64,000 bases of DNA, taken from contig OZ286461.1 in the NCBI GenBank assembly GCA_965644265.1, positions 121,706,001-121,770,000 on the forward strand, read 5' to 3'. Position numbers and translations under genes: made by a program. Shown here in pieces: positions 23,622-37,400 of this stretch. Source of the DNA: Glycera tridactyla (lineage: Eukaryota). The notes beneath the pieces were generated by a model. That model saw nothing but the letters and a program-made list of their open reading frames with translations. It searched no databases and had not been told where the DNA came from. The stretch's first letter is position 1. The number at the start of each line of letters is the position of its first letter.

Positions 23622-26600
23622 TAGTCTGGTAGAATTAGCTCATTTTGAGGGTGAACCGGGAAAAAAATATTATAAAGCTGAAACTTTCAGCACTTACTGA
23701 GAACTTCATGCCTGATAATATATTAAAAATCCCCTGGAATCCCCTCGCGGGAAAAAAAGATATGAGCTGAATTGTTAGATTAGGTCAAGTGCCGAGAGAC
23801 AAATATTCCAGTTTGGGAATTTCATGCACAGAATCATTTTGAAGGACTCAGAAGGACTCATTCTGAATTATTCTGGTTGATAAATTATTACTATTGATGC
23901 TTCAGCAATAATCATCACTCCAAGTTTGGGTTTGTGCTAAAGATCGGGTATATTTAACCAAATATCGGTGAAAATTCACTTTCAATTCGAAAGTAGCTCC
24001 GAGTTCAATGGTTCCTCATTCACAGGATATGGTAGTTAGAGCTACCAAAACTGGCCAAGATCTTCCTTATTAAGTCCTCTAAATGGAACATTCTTCAAAT
24101 TGATAAAAGAATAGACTATGTGCAATATATGGGATTCTCAATGGCCTGATGTCACCCCTACCCCCATAATAGCCATTCTGGCGCATTTCATGAAAATGTC
24201 CTATCCCAAAAGTTTTTTGGCATGATATGTAATTATTTGTTAACATGCATTGATATTCAACTCCAGGAGATTGATTGGCAGCAGGATTGTGAGATTTGAA
24301 GTTGGTTTAATCATTTGTCACTTATTCTGAGCAAATTTCAACCAGGTCAGTTGCTATAATCTCGTGAGCCATGAAATTGTAATGACAATGCATGCCACAA
24401 CATTCAACGGTATACAACCAATCCTTGAGATTTAAAGGAATTCTGTAGTATTTTTTGTTAGTGAGGTTTGTAAGATAACAATATACTTATTCTCAAAATC
24501 TTGGTGAAATGTGAAAACATCAATAGTACCCGAAACCTGGAATGACGTGAATATTCCATACTCATCAGCTTCATTGATTTTAGCTTTCGAAAGGACATTT
24601 CGACAGTAAAGAACTTTCTCTTTTGTTTCAGTTGAATAGTAAGCTGCACACTTTACATAGTATAGAGAATTGGCTACAGAGAAAGAACAAGGCCACAGAG
24701 GGGCAATATACCCCGCACACGGGAGCATAGTGGGTAACCCATATCGCACACTGGAGCACAGTGGGTAACCCATATCGGAAAAGGTCATTGAGATGTTTGG
24801 TTGGCTATGTAATAAGTCACTGGATCACTGTGTAGAATAAGAAAATCTAATACATATGTAGTAGCACCTAAAACATTCACCTTGACCTATGACTTAGGGT
24901 CACATGCATTGTAAGGGAGATGTTGTAACATTGCTTGATCATCCCAGATCAGTTTGATCTTCATCCAACAATGCTAGCCTGAGTTATTGTGGGATGCGGA
25001 AATTTAAAAATAGCTCCTATGGCCTTGACCTTTGACGCAGGGTCACATGCATCAAATGGGAGATATCTCACCATTGGGTCTTTACGTTGTGAAACTTCGG
25101 TGCATATCGATCAATGCAAGCTTGAGCTGGAGTGTGAAATGAGAAAATTTATGAATAGTTCCTGTGACCTTGACCTTTGACCTAGGATCAAATGCATCGT
25201 GAAGGAGGTGGCCTACCATTAGGTCATTACTTTGTGTAAGATTGGTGCATATCCATCGGAGCTCTCTTGAGTTAGAGTGCAAATGGGAGAATATATAAAA
25301 AGCTCCTGTGACCTTGACCTTTGACCTGGGGTCACATGCATCGAAAGGGAGGTGGCCTACCATTAGGTCATTACTTTGTGTAGGATTGGTGCATATCCAT
25401 CAGAGCTGGCTTGAGTTAGAGTGTAAAATGGGAAAATCTATAAATAGCTCCTGTGACCTTGACCTTTGACCTGGGGTCACATGCATCGAAAGGGAGGTGG
25501 CCTGCCATAGGTCATTACTTTGTGAAAGTTTGGTGCATATCCATCAAAGCTCGCTTGAGTTAGAGAGTAAAATGGGGAAATCTATAAATAGCTCCTGTGA
25601 CCTTGACCGTTGACCTGGGGTCACATGCATCGGAAGGGAGGTGGCCTACCATTAGGTCATTACTTTGCGTAAGTTTGGTGCATATCCATCGAAGCTCGCT
25701 TGAGTTAGAGTGTGAAATGGGAAAATCTATAAATAGCTCCTGTGACCTTGACCTTTGACCTGGGGTCACATGCATCGAAAGGGAGGTAGCCTACCATGAG
25801 GTCATTACTTTGTGTAAGTTTGGTGCATATCCATCAAAGCTCGCTTGAGTAAGAGTGTAAAATGGGAAAAACTATAAATAGCTCCTGTGACCTTGACCTT
25901 TAAGCTGGGGTCACATGCATCGAAAGGGAGGTGGCCTACCATCAGGTCATTACTTTGTGTGAGTTTGGTGCATATCCATCAAAGCTCGCTTGAGTTAGAG
26001 TGTAAAATGAGAAATCTATAAATAGCTCCTGTGACCTTGACCTTTGACCTAGGGTCACACGCATCAAAAGAAATGTGGCCCACCATCAGGTTATTACTCT
26101 GCGTGAGTTTGGTGCATATCTATTGAGGGTAACTTGAGTTAGAGTGTAAAATAAGAAAATTTATAAATAGCTCCTGTGACCTTGACCTTTGACCTGGGGT
26201 CACATGCATCGAAAGGGAGGTGGCCTACCATTAAGTCATTACTTTGTGTAAGTTTGGTGCATATCCATCGAAGCTCGCTTGAGTTAGAGTGTAAAATGGG
26301 AAAATCTATAAATAGCTCCTGTGACCTTGACCTTCGACCTGGGGGCACATGCATCGAAAGGGAGGTGGCCTACCATCAGGTCATTACTTTGTGTTAGTTT
26401 GGTGCATATCCATTGAGGCTAACTTGAGTTAGAGTGTAAAATGGGAAAATCTATAAATAGCTCCTGTGACCTTGACCTTTGACCTAGGGTCACACGCATC
26501 GAAAGGGAGGTGGCCCAACATTGGGTCATCACTTTGTGTAAGTTTGGTGCATATCCATTTAGGCTAACTTGAGTTAGAGTGTAAAATAAGAAAATCTATA

Positions 26601-29600
26601 AATAGCTCCTGTGACCTTGACCTTTGACCTTTGGGTACGAAAATCAAATTCTCGAATACGATTTTTTCATAGATCACAGTTATGAAGTTTTATGAAAATT
26701 GGACCAGCCAATCCAAAGTTATTGCATGAAATGTGAGCGGACGGACGGACGGACGTACGTACGTACGTACGTACGTACGTACGTACGTATGTACGTACGT
26801 ACGTACGTACGGACGCCGGAGGTGAAACTATAATACACCGCTTTTTTCAAAAGCGGGGTATGAAAACAAGAGCTCCATTCAGGGCAGATGTGTGTGTGTG
26901 TGATTTGTTTCGACGAATTTGACATGCAATGTGAGAAGGGTGGCAAAATACTAATGACACAGAAAGGCCTAGAAACATTAATTGAATACAGGGATTTGTG
27001 GAGGAATAAAAGCCTGAAATCAAATCTTGAATATTGTATCTGCAATCCGCCTCAGACAAGTGTTGATTTCCATATGAATTGCAGGAAGAGATACACTGAC
27101 CAGACAACAGCCAGATCCATTAGAAGATGAGGAGGTATCTGGCCCAGCTGCATCCAAACAATTTAAGCTATGTTCAGAAGAAGATGATTTTGAATTGGGT
27201 CGTGACTGTTTCCTTTGTGCAGATGATGTGAAAGAAAATGATCATTCAGATCACACCAAGATCAAACATTCATCTTACATAGAATTCTGACACTCTTCTA
27301 ATAACATGCAGTCAGAGGAATGATACTTAGGACTCTGAAGTGAAAAGTAAACTACTGCACTACAAGTCTTTGACTTGCCCATAGCTGATGCTGTATATTT
27401 TACCAAATATTATACTAAATTTCAATCAGGCTGGGATAGGAAGTAGTGCAGATCACAAGAGCCATGTGGACGTCCTATTGACAATAGAAAGACATATACA
27501 TTCTATCTCTTTTGTGACTGACTTGAGAGTGGGATGGGGAGCTGTATACATCTAATGAGCTTTCTACACAGACAGTTGAACTTGCAGGCATCAGTACAGA
27601 GGTCTATGCAGTCAAAACTTCGAAGAAAAAAACTGATGAAAAAAATAAAGAGAACATATTTTTCCCATTGAATATGGGAAGGAAAGATGTCATCTGCATC
27701 TGTGATATGGCCAGGTACCTTATATCAGATCTGATACCTTGAGTCCAGAAAAGTACACAAGTACAGAAGAACAGGTTCATGGCATCGTACCAGCTGGGGC
27801 AGACATAATCAGGTCACAAACCCTACACAAGGCCTATGATAAGAGCTCATATGCATCTACAGAAGAAATGGGGAACCCTGATCTCGCTGATGAGTGGTTT
27901 CCACAGTCCCGCAACTGTTACTCATTGATCTAGTGAACAAACGCTCACTTTCTTGTGAGTGCATTGTCTCTTCAAACTCGTGTGAGAAATCATTCCTTCA
28001 TCTGCCCCAGTTATTGATAATGGCCATGTTGTTGAGCAGTTTGAGAGTGGCAGTGACATTCAGCCTTCAGAGAATAATCTGGTTCCTTTTCTATTCAGCC
28101 TTCAGAGAATAATCTGGTTCCTTTTCTAGTCCAGGAGCAGACATGTCTGTTGATTCAAAAGATTACATGAAGATCAATGAGGATGACATACCTGGCATTT
28201 TTCATCAGAATATCAGAATGATATATCGCAAAACACTTTCAGTAATGGTCATTGACTGACATTCGATGATGTGACATAACTTTGTGAACTGTTCTCCCAT
28301 GCTGGGTTTGACCATGGTAGGAAATTGCTGTGATCTGAGCTGGGCGCACTCCTTCTGCATCAGCAGGAGTGGGGTGACAAATGCGCAGTTGTTCCCGTGA
28401 ATCATTTTGGGGTGTGTACATGTTACATGTAGTAGCCACAACAATCATGTTCAATCGTGAGACCAAGTACTGTGTGGATTCATATCCAAAAGTATGAAAA
28501 ATTTCGGATCTCTAACAAATTCCTCACAAATCGGACCTTAGGGCCTCAGACAGTACTGTGCGCCAGACGTGGTCATGCCAACCTAGTACTGGCTTTTGTG
28601 ATTAATCATCAAGTTCAAACAAGCAACTGAACAAAGTATGATCCCTAATTAGATATCCAAGAATGTGACATTATTGAAGTTTGAGAGAGTATTAGGGGGA
28701 TATAAGGATAAACTCTGCTGAATCTGGGACTTCAGACTGTGGGTGCAGTCCATGTCATACATCAGAACCATAAAGATAATCATTAGAGCTGAGTGAATGG
28801 GAGACTGGCACCTGCATCTCATGATGAATTTGTTTGCTGCCTCTGGCCATAGGAAGTATGCTAAGAGTTCTAGATTGTACCTACAAATGATGCTTGACCT
28901 GCCACATATTCATCCATGGTTGTGCATGATGTTCATTCACCATGGGTATCACACAGTCATTAGATCCAGTTATGCCAGTTGTCCTTTAGAGTGAACTGGT
29001 TAATGAAGTTATCAAGTCCTAATAAAATCATTGAAAAGCTGTGGAGTTGGACTCATGGGAGGGGTATGAGCAAAAGGGACCATCAAACATGGATTCTTAG
29101 CATGCATGACTGTGCAGCTGTTGACCAGTCCATGACAATCTTAAACAGGACAGAAGCATGTTACAAATGACTAGCAGACTGAGCTTGGAACTTCATGGGG
29201 TCAGCAGGATTTCCACGATCTAGTGAAGATCACTGATTGGTTTGACACATACAAGCCATTTGACGTTTGATGAAATATTGGAACAGTATGTTGATTATTT
29301 GCTTGCTAAATATGGTTATTGTTCCGTGATTGTTTTTGATGGTTATCTCAATGGTCGAACAACAAAAGATCATGAATGACTGCGCCATTCAACCAAATCC
29401 TCTGCCAACATAAATTTTGAGCCATTCATAAAACTAGTTGTCAATTGGTAGACATTTTCTCGAATGAACATGACAAGAGTCCTTCCATCTAATTCTTGAA
29501 ATCCTACTTGGTGGATGCTGTTTTGAGAGTGAAGCGGGCAGATGAGGATGCAGATACTTTGATTTGCTTCTGAACAAGAGGTAGTGACTGTGATTTGTGA

Positions 29601-31289
29601 TGACACTGACATTCTAGTTTTGCTAGTGCACCATTTTGAGTTTGAAAAGTCAGATATATACATGCATTCAGATTCCAAATGAGGGCAAAATGCGGGACTG
29701 AAGTCATACTCTATTCAAGATATGCAAATGAGTTTTGGTCCTGATGTTATTCCTTATTTCCTCTCTATTCATGCATGGAGTGGATGTTACACATCTTCTG
29801 TTTTCAATGAGGGGAATACATAAGATATTAGGGTCAAATCATATGAAGGAATTACTCAACTGTTGGTTTACAGACAGCAACAGCAAAAGTTATTGGAGAA
29901 TGACAATGTTCTCCTTGTTATATGGGGGAGTACTGATGGGTGCTTTAATCACCTCAGGTATGCTTTCTACATGAAAATGGCCTCCAGTGTGTATCATCAT
30001 GTGGAGAATGAAATGGGGTTTCACGTCAAAATGAGCAGCCAGCAATTGATTATGGAAGTGATAAATATGATTATGTTAACAATGAGAGATTTAGAAGAGC
30101 TAATGCATGACATGTGTTAAGGTAATGTGAGTAGATGACTAATCATTCATCGACTGCTCAACATTTCGACTGGTTTGGGAGAATTGTGTAAAAGAAATTG
30201 CAATTGTAATGATTTGTGATGAAGTACCAAATGTGAATGTAGTTTGTGTTTTTGCAATGATGAGGATTATTTGAAACAGAATGTCCACAAGAATCATGTT
30301 TATGAATATCTATGATGAAACTAACAGCATCCAGACATATCGAGTGCAAAATGTTAGCATTGTTCTGATACATCTTTCTAATCTTTAAAGAAAGTAATGA
30401 TTTTGAGAACAGTTTACATCCGTAGAATTTTTTCTGTGTGATGTATTATTATCATTTCCATATATTTTATTAGTACTGCAGCTGTTTGAACTATTGCATG
30501 ACTGTCAGTCTATTCTACAATAGAAGTGTCACCTTAAACATAATATTGCCTGGATTGGAGGCTTCAAAATCGAGAAATATTTGGTTGGATATTTAAGAAT
30601 TATATTATTGTGAATCACTCAATGAATCATATATAATGATGATTCCAATTCAATCTCATACTCAAAGACTATAATATGCATAAATATGAACTTTCTGTCA
30701 TGCTGATATTTGAAGATATTGGTCATTGGATCCGATGCTACAAAATACCCAATATGGGGGTAGGGGTAACTTTGGCGAGCTATTAGCCCCCTGGGCATCA
30801 TGCAGTGTAATCACATACAAATATGAGAATTGTTCTTGATACAAGACATGATGAGGAATGATTTGACCAAGATTGGTAACTCTACTTACAAAATTGTGTG
30901 AATGAGGAGCTTTCAAACTTTGACCGGCATTTGAAATAAAAGGGAATTTTGCCGAAATGGGGCCAATTAAGGCCATTTTATACAGCTAACTGCTATTCGG
31001 AGTGACGAATCATGCTGAAATATCGATAGCAACAATTGTATGATCAGAATAAACAAATGTATATGATGTATGAGTACTTTGGACTGATTTAATCCATAAA
31101 ATGATGAAATTGTCATATTCAGTAATTGACGCTCAACTCAGAAAAATGTACAAGCTCATAAAATTTTTTCCCGCGAGGGGATTCCAGGGGATTTTGAGTA
31201 TATTGTTGGGCATGACATTCTGAATGGATGCTGAAATTTTCAGCTTTATAATATTTTTTTCCCGGTTCAACCCTAATTCTACCAGACTA
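23622..31289 (+). mobile_element. Decayed Academ (AcademX-type) DNA transposon
   Basis: Ends TAGTCTGGTAGAATTAG / CTAATTCTACCAGACTA, 3-bp TSD TTA, long imperfect TIRs (about 600-700 bp). Broken ORF about 26880-30300 with HMNCRKRYT, DCFLC, DLPIADAVY, GDWHLHL..FAASGHRKYAKS, DEDADT, DDTDILVLL, HAWSGC (XPG/FEN1-like) and a Cys-rich tail. Confidence 0.78.
24686..26864 (+). mobile_element. Helentron/HINE-like element with about 12 x 145-bp core repeats, nested in Academ
   Basis: Starts AACAAGGCC, tandem GTGACCTTGACCTTTGACC units spaced 144-145 bp, (GGAC)n/(GTAC)n microsatellite, 3' hairpin CCGCTTTT..AAAAGCGG. Confidence 0.75.
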
Positions 31290-31408
31290 TTATTATTCAT
31301 ATAATCATGACTGGATATATATGTTAGTGCAAGCACTAATGCAATTGAGTGCATTCAACAACCATGGTCACATAGACTGGTTGCACATAAGTGAACACAC
31401 TGCTCTGA

Positions 31409-34400
31409 TTACCAGTTGAAAGCTTTTTGGATTGTGATGAAAAGATTCCCAATATGATGACCTTGAAGGTCCTGGGTCCTCAACCAATCCATGCCTTTCC
31501 TCTCGATCAGCTCCCATTCAACCCGAGTCTGGGCTAAAAATTTTCGTAGGTAGCTGATAACCAGGGCGGTTCCCCATATGGATTTGTCCTACAACAAACG
31601 AGCAATTATTGAAGAGATTCTGTTTAGCCAGTGATTCATAATTCATCAAAGTTTGCTGATGCAGGGTTGCCTCAAGGAGGGAAGAATCACATATTGTGTT
31701 GAGTGTAGGTGTCAAATGCCCCCTAAATAAGCAAGAGGCTTATCCATCCTCCATATTAAGTGAACCGATACTGGAAGAAATTTTATACAATGCCCTCTTT
31801 TCTCAAGCTTTAGGGGTAATATTCAATTCAATTCAAAATAACTTAATTCAGCCGTATCCATGTACATACAGATATTAGCACTAAGAAGAATAAAGTATCT
31901 TTTTTGAACTGAATTGAATATCTCCCAATTTTGGAAATCCTGGATACAACTTCAAGCTAATGCATCTTTTTCAAATCAACAAACAAAAGTTAGCCCCTGG
32001 CTGACTGGCTGATAGCTAGCACTGGTGAAGGATGATGGATCCCCCTCAAGTGAGTAAATGTAACAGAATATTAGATATCATCAACTCTAAGATAGAGTGG
32101 CATCTCATTCTTCCACGTCATACAGCATCAATGACAGGAGTGAGAAAATATGTCTTTGGGCCTGAACATCTCTAAATGATAATTGAATTGAAAGAATAAC
32201 ACAACACTGCTTCAACATTTCTTGTAGTTTCCTTTGAAGTGATGCGATTGTCTTCAAATCTTTTCAATACAGTGGAACCTTCTTTGAGAGACCTTCCTAA
32301 ATGCTGACAAAAACTGGTCTGATTGAATGTATATCTAACTAAGTCAATCGTCTGACTGGAAATGCACTAACTGCTAGGGGTGACTGTATCATTGTTTCAG
32401 TGTATACCATGTTAAAGACGATCTGAAATAAAGAATCATACATACATACAATAGATAAATATTTTGAAGGAGACGGTCTTCAAAGACAGGCAGTCTCTCA
32501 TTAGGGAATCCCTCATAGCATGTTTTATTGTACAAACAAAAACCCAGTTGAACCACAAATCAACAAGTTGGCAAGTTACCAAACTGAAAAGCCAGAGTAA
32601 ATCTTGCCAAAGAAATGGGAGTCATACAGATCCATGTTACACTATGGCCAAACATCATGAGTCATTATTCTGAAACTGTTTTCCAAAAGTAGATTCAATC
32701 ATCTCACCTTGAATGGAGCTGGGTGGAAAAGCTCTTCCAGAGGTTTGCCCAAAACAGTGGCCAGGTCATCATCAAGGAACCAGCTGCCATTGAACTTCTG
32801 TAATTTCACCAACGCACTCAGTGATCCTGGCAGACTTCCATCTGAAATGACATAGGAAGTACAGTCAAACCTGTCCTAAATGAAACCACTGAATTTCGAC
32901 CTAGGGTCACATGTATCAGAATTAGTGAGTAGGGAGGTCTAAAGGAATCCAAATATTACTATATGAATAAAGATTATGGAAAGAAAGAGAACAGTATAAC
33001 CAACCAACTTTATAGGTGGGGTGAGGAGGGGTAGCGGAGAACATTATAATTGGGGCAAGGGGGTGGAGAGCCAAAATCCAGGCATAGAACTTTTGCAATA
33101 AACAGAATGAATTTCTCAATAAAAGACGATAACTGTAAGCTTGATTACCTTTTTTGATTGCCGGTCTTGCTGAGCTTGCTGCTGTTGCAATGGGTGGCTT
33201 ATAGGCACGTGCAGGAGGTGGCTAAAATACAGAGGAAATATTTGAATGTACATCTCCACTTATGCTAAATGAATAAAAAGGAGCTATCACAGACAATGTA
33301 TCCCCTGTCATGGGTGCTACAATATGTACTGCATTTAATAATTAGTTCTGGCATGCTATGAATGAAAAGCCAGAAAATCAATTCTGGCAGGGTAACATTG
33401 ATTAGTAGAATTGATACAAAATTTAATTGATTACATCTATTACTGAGTAAACTCTCTCAAAACTACGTAAGAGAGAGTATTGGACCGAAGAATAAGAAAT
33501 TAAACCTACTGCATCAACTACGTCATCTCCATCACAATCCTGAAACCAAAAAGTTTGTCACAAATATAATAGTGACTCGGATAGTTCATACTTGAACCAT
33601 GAAAACTATTTCTGAACTAATGAAACACTGCTATGCTCAGAGGATGACTGCCAAAGTCTACCTCAAATGTTGGCGCCTTTGCTCAGTTTACTTGATCATC
33701 AACAATGAAACAATATCGAACTGCTAAGGGCTATTCCATATAACAGTGTGTGTGTGTGTGTGGGGGGGGGGACGACGAATTATTTGGCACCACTATCCGC
33801 GGATTCGAGAATTTCCACATCCCTCCCACCAACAAAGACTGAATGCAGGCAAGTTAAAACACCCCCAAAAATCTGGATACCAATCTGAATTTTTAATGCA
33901 GAGGGCCGATATCTAACCCTGATTTTCATCCAGCACCCCTACCCATGATTAATGTTTGGTAGCCCCCACCCACACCTCCCAGATTTGGTCCCACTGCTTT
34001 CATACTTTCAAACTGAATAGCCCCAACAAGTTTATCCCCACATTATGCTAAGCCATGCAAATAGTATGATATTCACCAAGCTAATGCTGATACATTTATC
34101 CACAGAGGTGGGCCAGAATGAAAGTCAATTTGAAATTCAGGATAGGGAAAAGCAAAAGTTTAGAATTAAGGGCCCTAATATTATCAAAAAGTGGTCTCCA
34201 AAAAGAGTTGAGCTCTTGTTGCTTTCACTGTTCTATGATATTTATGAGTAAATTGCAATTGGCAGTTCAGCAATATGGATATTTTACTAACCGCCACGGC
34301 ACGCCCCTTCCTTCTACTTGATGGCTGAAAATAAAATGCAGAATGCAGACAATTCAGAAATAGCTTGCAGTGGTACAGACTCAAAATTTTATTGAAATAC

Positions 34401-37400
34401 AGTCAGTGATCAATATATGTTGCCAAAACACACATTTATTGAGAGGACTTGCATTTTCATCTGAGAGGACTTGCAGTCTTATCTGTCATTTTTGGTGGAG
34501 AAGATTTTGTAGTACATTCTTACTCAAATATGAGAATGGTCCGCAAAAAAAACAAATTCTTTCTGGTGAGAGTGGAAGAATTCACCTCGTTAATAATTAG
34601 AGAATGAGCAGAACAGGCGGTACCGTGGGATGGAACATGTGAAAATCATGTGCATGCATTTAATTTGATGTTCAGTATATTCACGGGGTGAATCATAGAT
34701 TGATGAAAAGAGTATGGAGCCAATATCAAGGAGTAGCAGTGCCAGTATTTGCTACAGAATACTAAAAAAATATCTTGATTTCACTGAGTAGCATCACCCA
34801 TGAAATGAATATTGGTTTCTATTAAATCTTTATAACAGATTACTCACCCCATCATCAGCTTCTCCAGCGGAATCCTGAAAAAAAGGGGAAAAATTCAATG
34901 TCATGTAGGATGCTGAGACACTCCCAAACAAGACATCGAGGAGTGAAGTGCATGGATAAACTTTACTTGTTTAGATACTCGAATAAAGTCAAAGCTGCCC
35001 ACCATGACAACCCATGGTCGCACACAAAATTGGTTGTTGCTAAGAGCTGGATGGTTGATTCCAGTTTAAAAGCATTGGTCAACCTAAGGCCATTATAATT
35101 ATACCAGTTCATGAGAACTTTATACCAGTGGATGAGAACTTTATTGGGTTGCCATGGTAACCAACAAGGTGAAGAGGGGTGAATGGTCTCAGCAGGTGGC
35201 CACTATCATCTGGCCTGAAACTTGCTTGGAGTTTGCCCAGTTCATTCTGGAGCATTAGGAGCATAACCCCCTTCTATTCAGAATTCAGCCCCCCCCCCTC
35301 CGAATTCAGAATTCGCCCCTCCCCCACTATTTGGAATGTGGGGGGTCAACATCAACCCCCCGAATTCCCATTTTCCGGAAACCCCCCATCCCCCTGAATT
35401 CCACTTTTCCGGAACCCTGCTACCCCTGAATTCCAAACTAGCTTCCACTCCGCCCCTCCCCCTACTTTTAAATGGTCCTTATCCATGAATCCCGGTACAG
35501 ACTCCAGATAAGAAAAGTAAATTAATATGATCTCTAGATAGAGTAATTTGATCAGGTCACCTTTTATTGAGCGGTGTTACCCCATTGCCAAATAAACTAG
35601 AGTTGAGGGGTCCATAGGACATCGATGCCCCTGCTGACACCTTGACCTCGACACATTATCTTCAGATGATGACCGTTTCTACCAATTTATTTATAAATCC
35701 AATCATGGAAGACAAAGTCATGAGCTGGACAAGAATCAACCAATCAGAGCCACCACTCGGAGGAAATCACTCAAGTGTACCTGCATCAACATTTAGGAGC
35801 CCATCCACATCTGAGTATGGTTCCTATTCTGATGAACATCATAGACATCCTGGGCACTTAATCAAGTGTTTGAGTACAATATATAAAAAACACAAACTCA
35901 CCCCATCAAAAGCTACTTTGGTGGTTATCTGAAAATAAAATAGCAAATGTAGATGACCTGGATAATCAGCTCACTACTGAACCTCATACCTGCCTGCCCT
36001 AGAACATACAGTAGAACCTGTATTCAGCAACCACCCTCGGGAAACTAAAAAGTGGTTGCTGAATACCGGTGGTTGTTTAATACAGGTGAATTATAGAGAA
36101 AAATACCCTACCGGGAAATCAAAAAGTGGCTGCTTAAGAGAGGTGGTTGCTGATTACAGTGGTTGCTTGATACAGGTTTCACTGTATGACTAACTATTAA
36201 ACTGATCATGGTGATTTCATTCTGGTCTCAAAAGTGACCTTCGGACAAGTTTCAGAAGTACTCCTGCACCAGCACAGGACATGAGGCCCCCTTCATGTGC
36301 TCTAACTTGACTTTCAGCAAGTTTGGCTCATGGCTGGTGTCTATGCAGTGCACAAATGAACAGAAGAACAGAAACAAACATCAACAAATTGATATAAACT
36401 GAGATTGATTGAGTATGGGTTGATGTCTCTTCGACCCAGGCAGGATTACTCGAGACTTAAATTGAGGACCCAGGAGGAGGAGTCATGAATGATCCCACCC
36501 ATGTCCACTGCATGGGCATTGCAATATAGCCCAGATGGTGCTTACATGACATAAAACAACCAATCACCCAACCATCCTAAAGGTAATCTGAATATCAGGA
36601 AAAGGTAACGTACAGTGGTGATGGGAGGAACTCTGGGTGGCTCATCTTTGGCTGGCCCATCAATTTCCATATTCTCCTGAAAGAAAAATCAAGTGAAGAG
36701 TGAATGTGAATCCTGATGCCCCCCCCCCCCAAAAAAAAAAAAAAAATCAACATGCTAAACTAAATCTTCTGCCTGTAGGCAGCCGATCACATGCCAAAAG
36801 CCAGAATAAATGTGTTATTACACACCTACACATCAAGATGCTTCGGTGAAAGTTTATTTAGTGTAGATTGAGATAGTGGTTCCATGGGCAGCCCATCACT
36901 TTCCAATGCTCAGAATAAATGTGCCAGTGCCAAATATGGAAATCTTTATTGCCCCTTGTACAAACAACATGCATTGAAAGACATTTAACACCTCATAAGC
37001 AATCTTTCTTTTGACGGAGTACAAGGTTCCACAGTTACTCACCACTGTCAACACGGTGCCAGGCTCACTCTTGGAATCATCAGGCTAGAAATTCAAAAGT
37101 GAAGAAAACACATCTTACTACTCCTGCCGTATGCATAAAATCAACCTCAACCTATCTTAACCTTGGTTCTGAGGCTATATGGGATGACGTTTTTATAGCC
37201 TTCCCTTCATCATGATTCCAAGTGAATGGAGTGGAGGTAAACCAATTCAGAATACAGTAAAACCTGTCTTGAGAGACCCCTCTTTTGGGAGACCACCCTC
37301 TAATGGGAGACCACTTTCCATTGGATCTTCTCTATTCGGCATAGTCAAATATACCTCCAATGAGAGACCACCTGTCTTGAGAGCGGGTGAGGCAGGATGC

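Noticed and set aside
24989-26640. 145-bp array and its ORFs as a coding repeat or CRISPR
   Set aside because: No spacers, frequent stops; it is the core repeat of a dispersed non-autonomous element.
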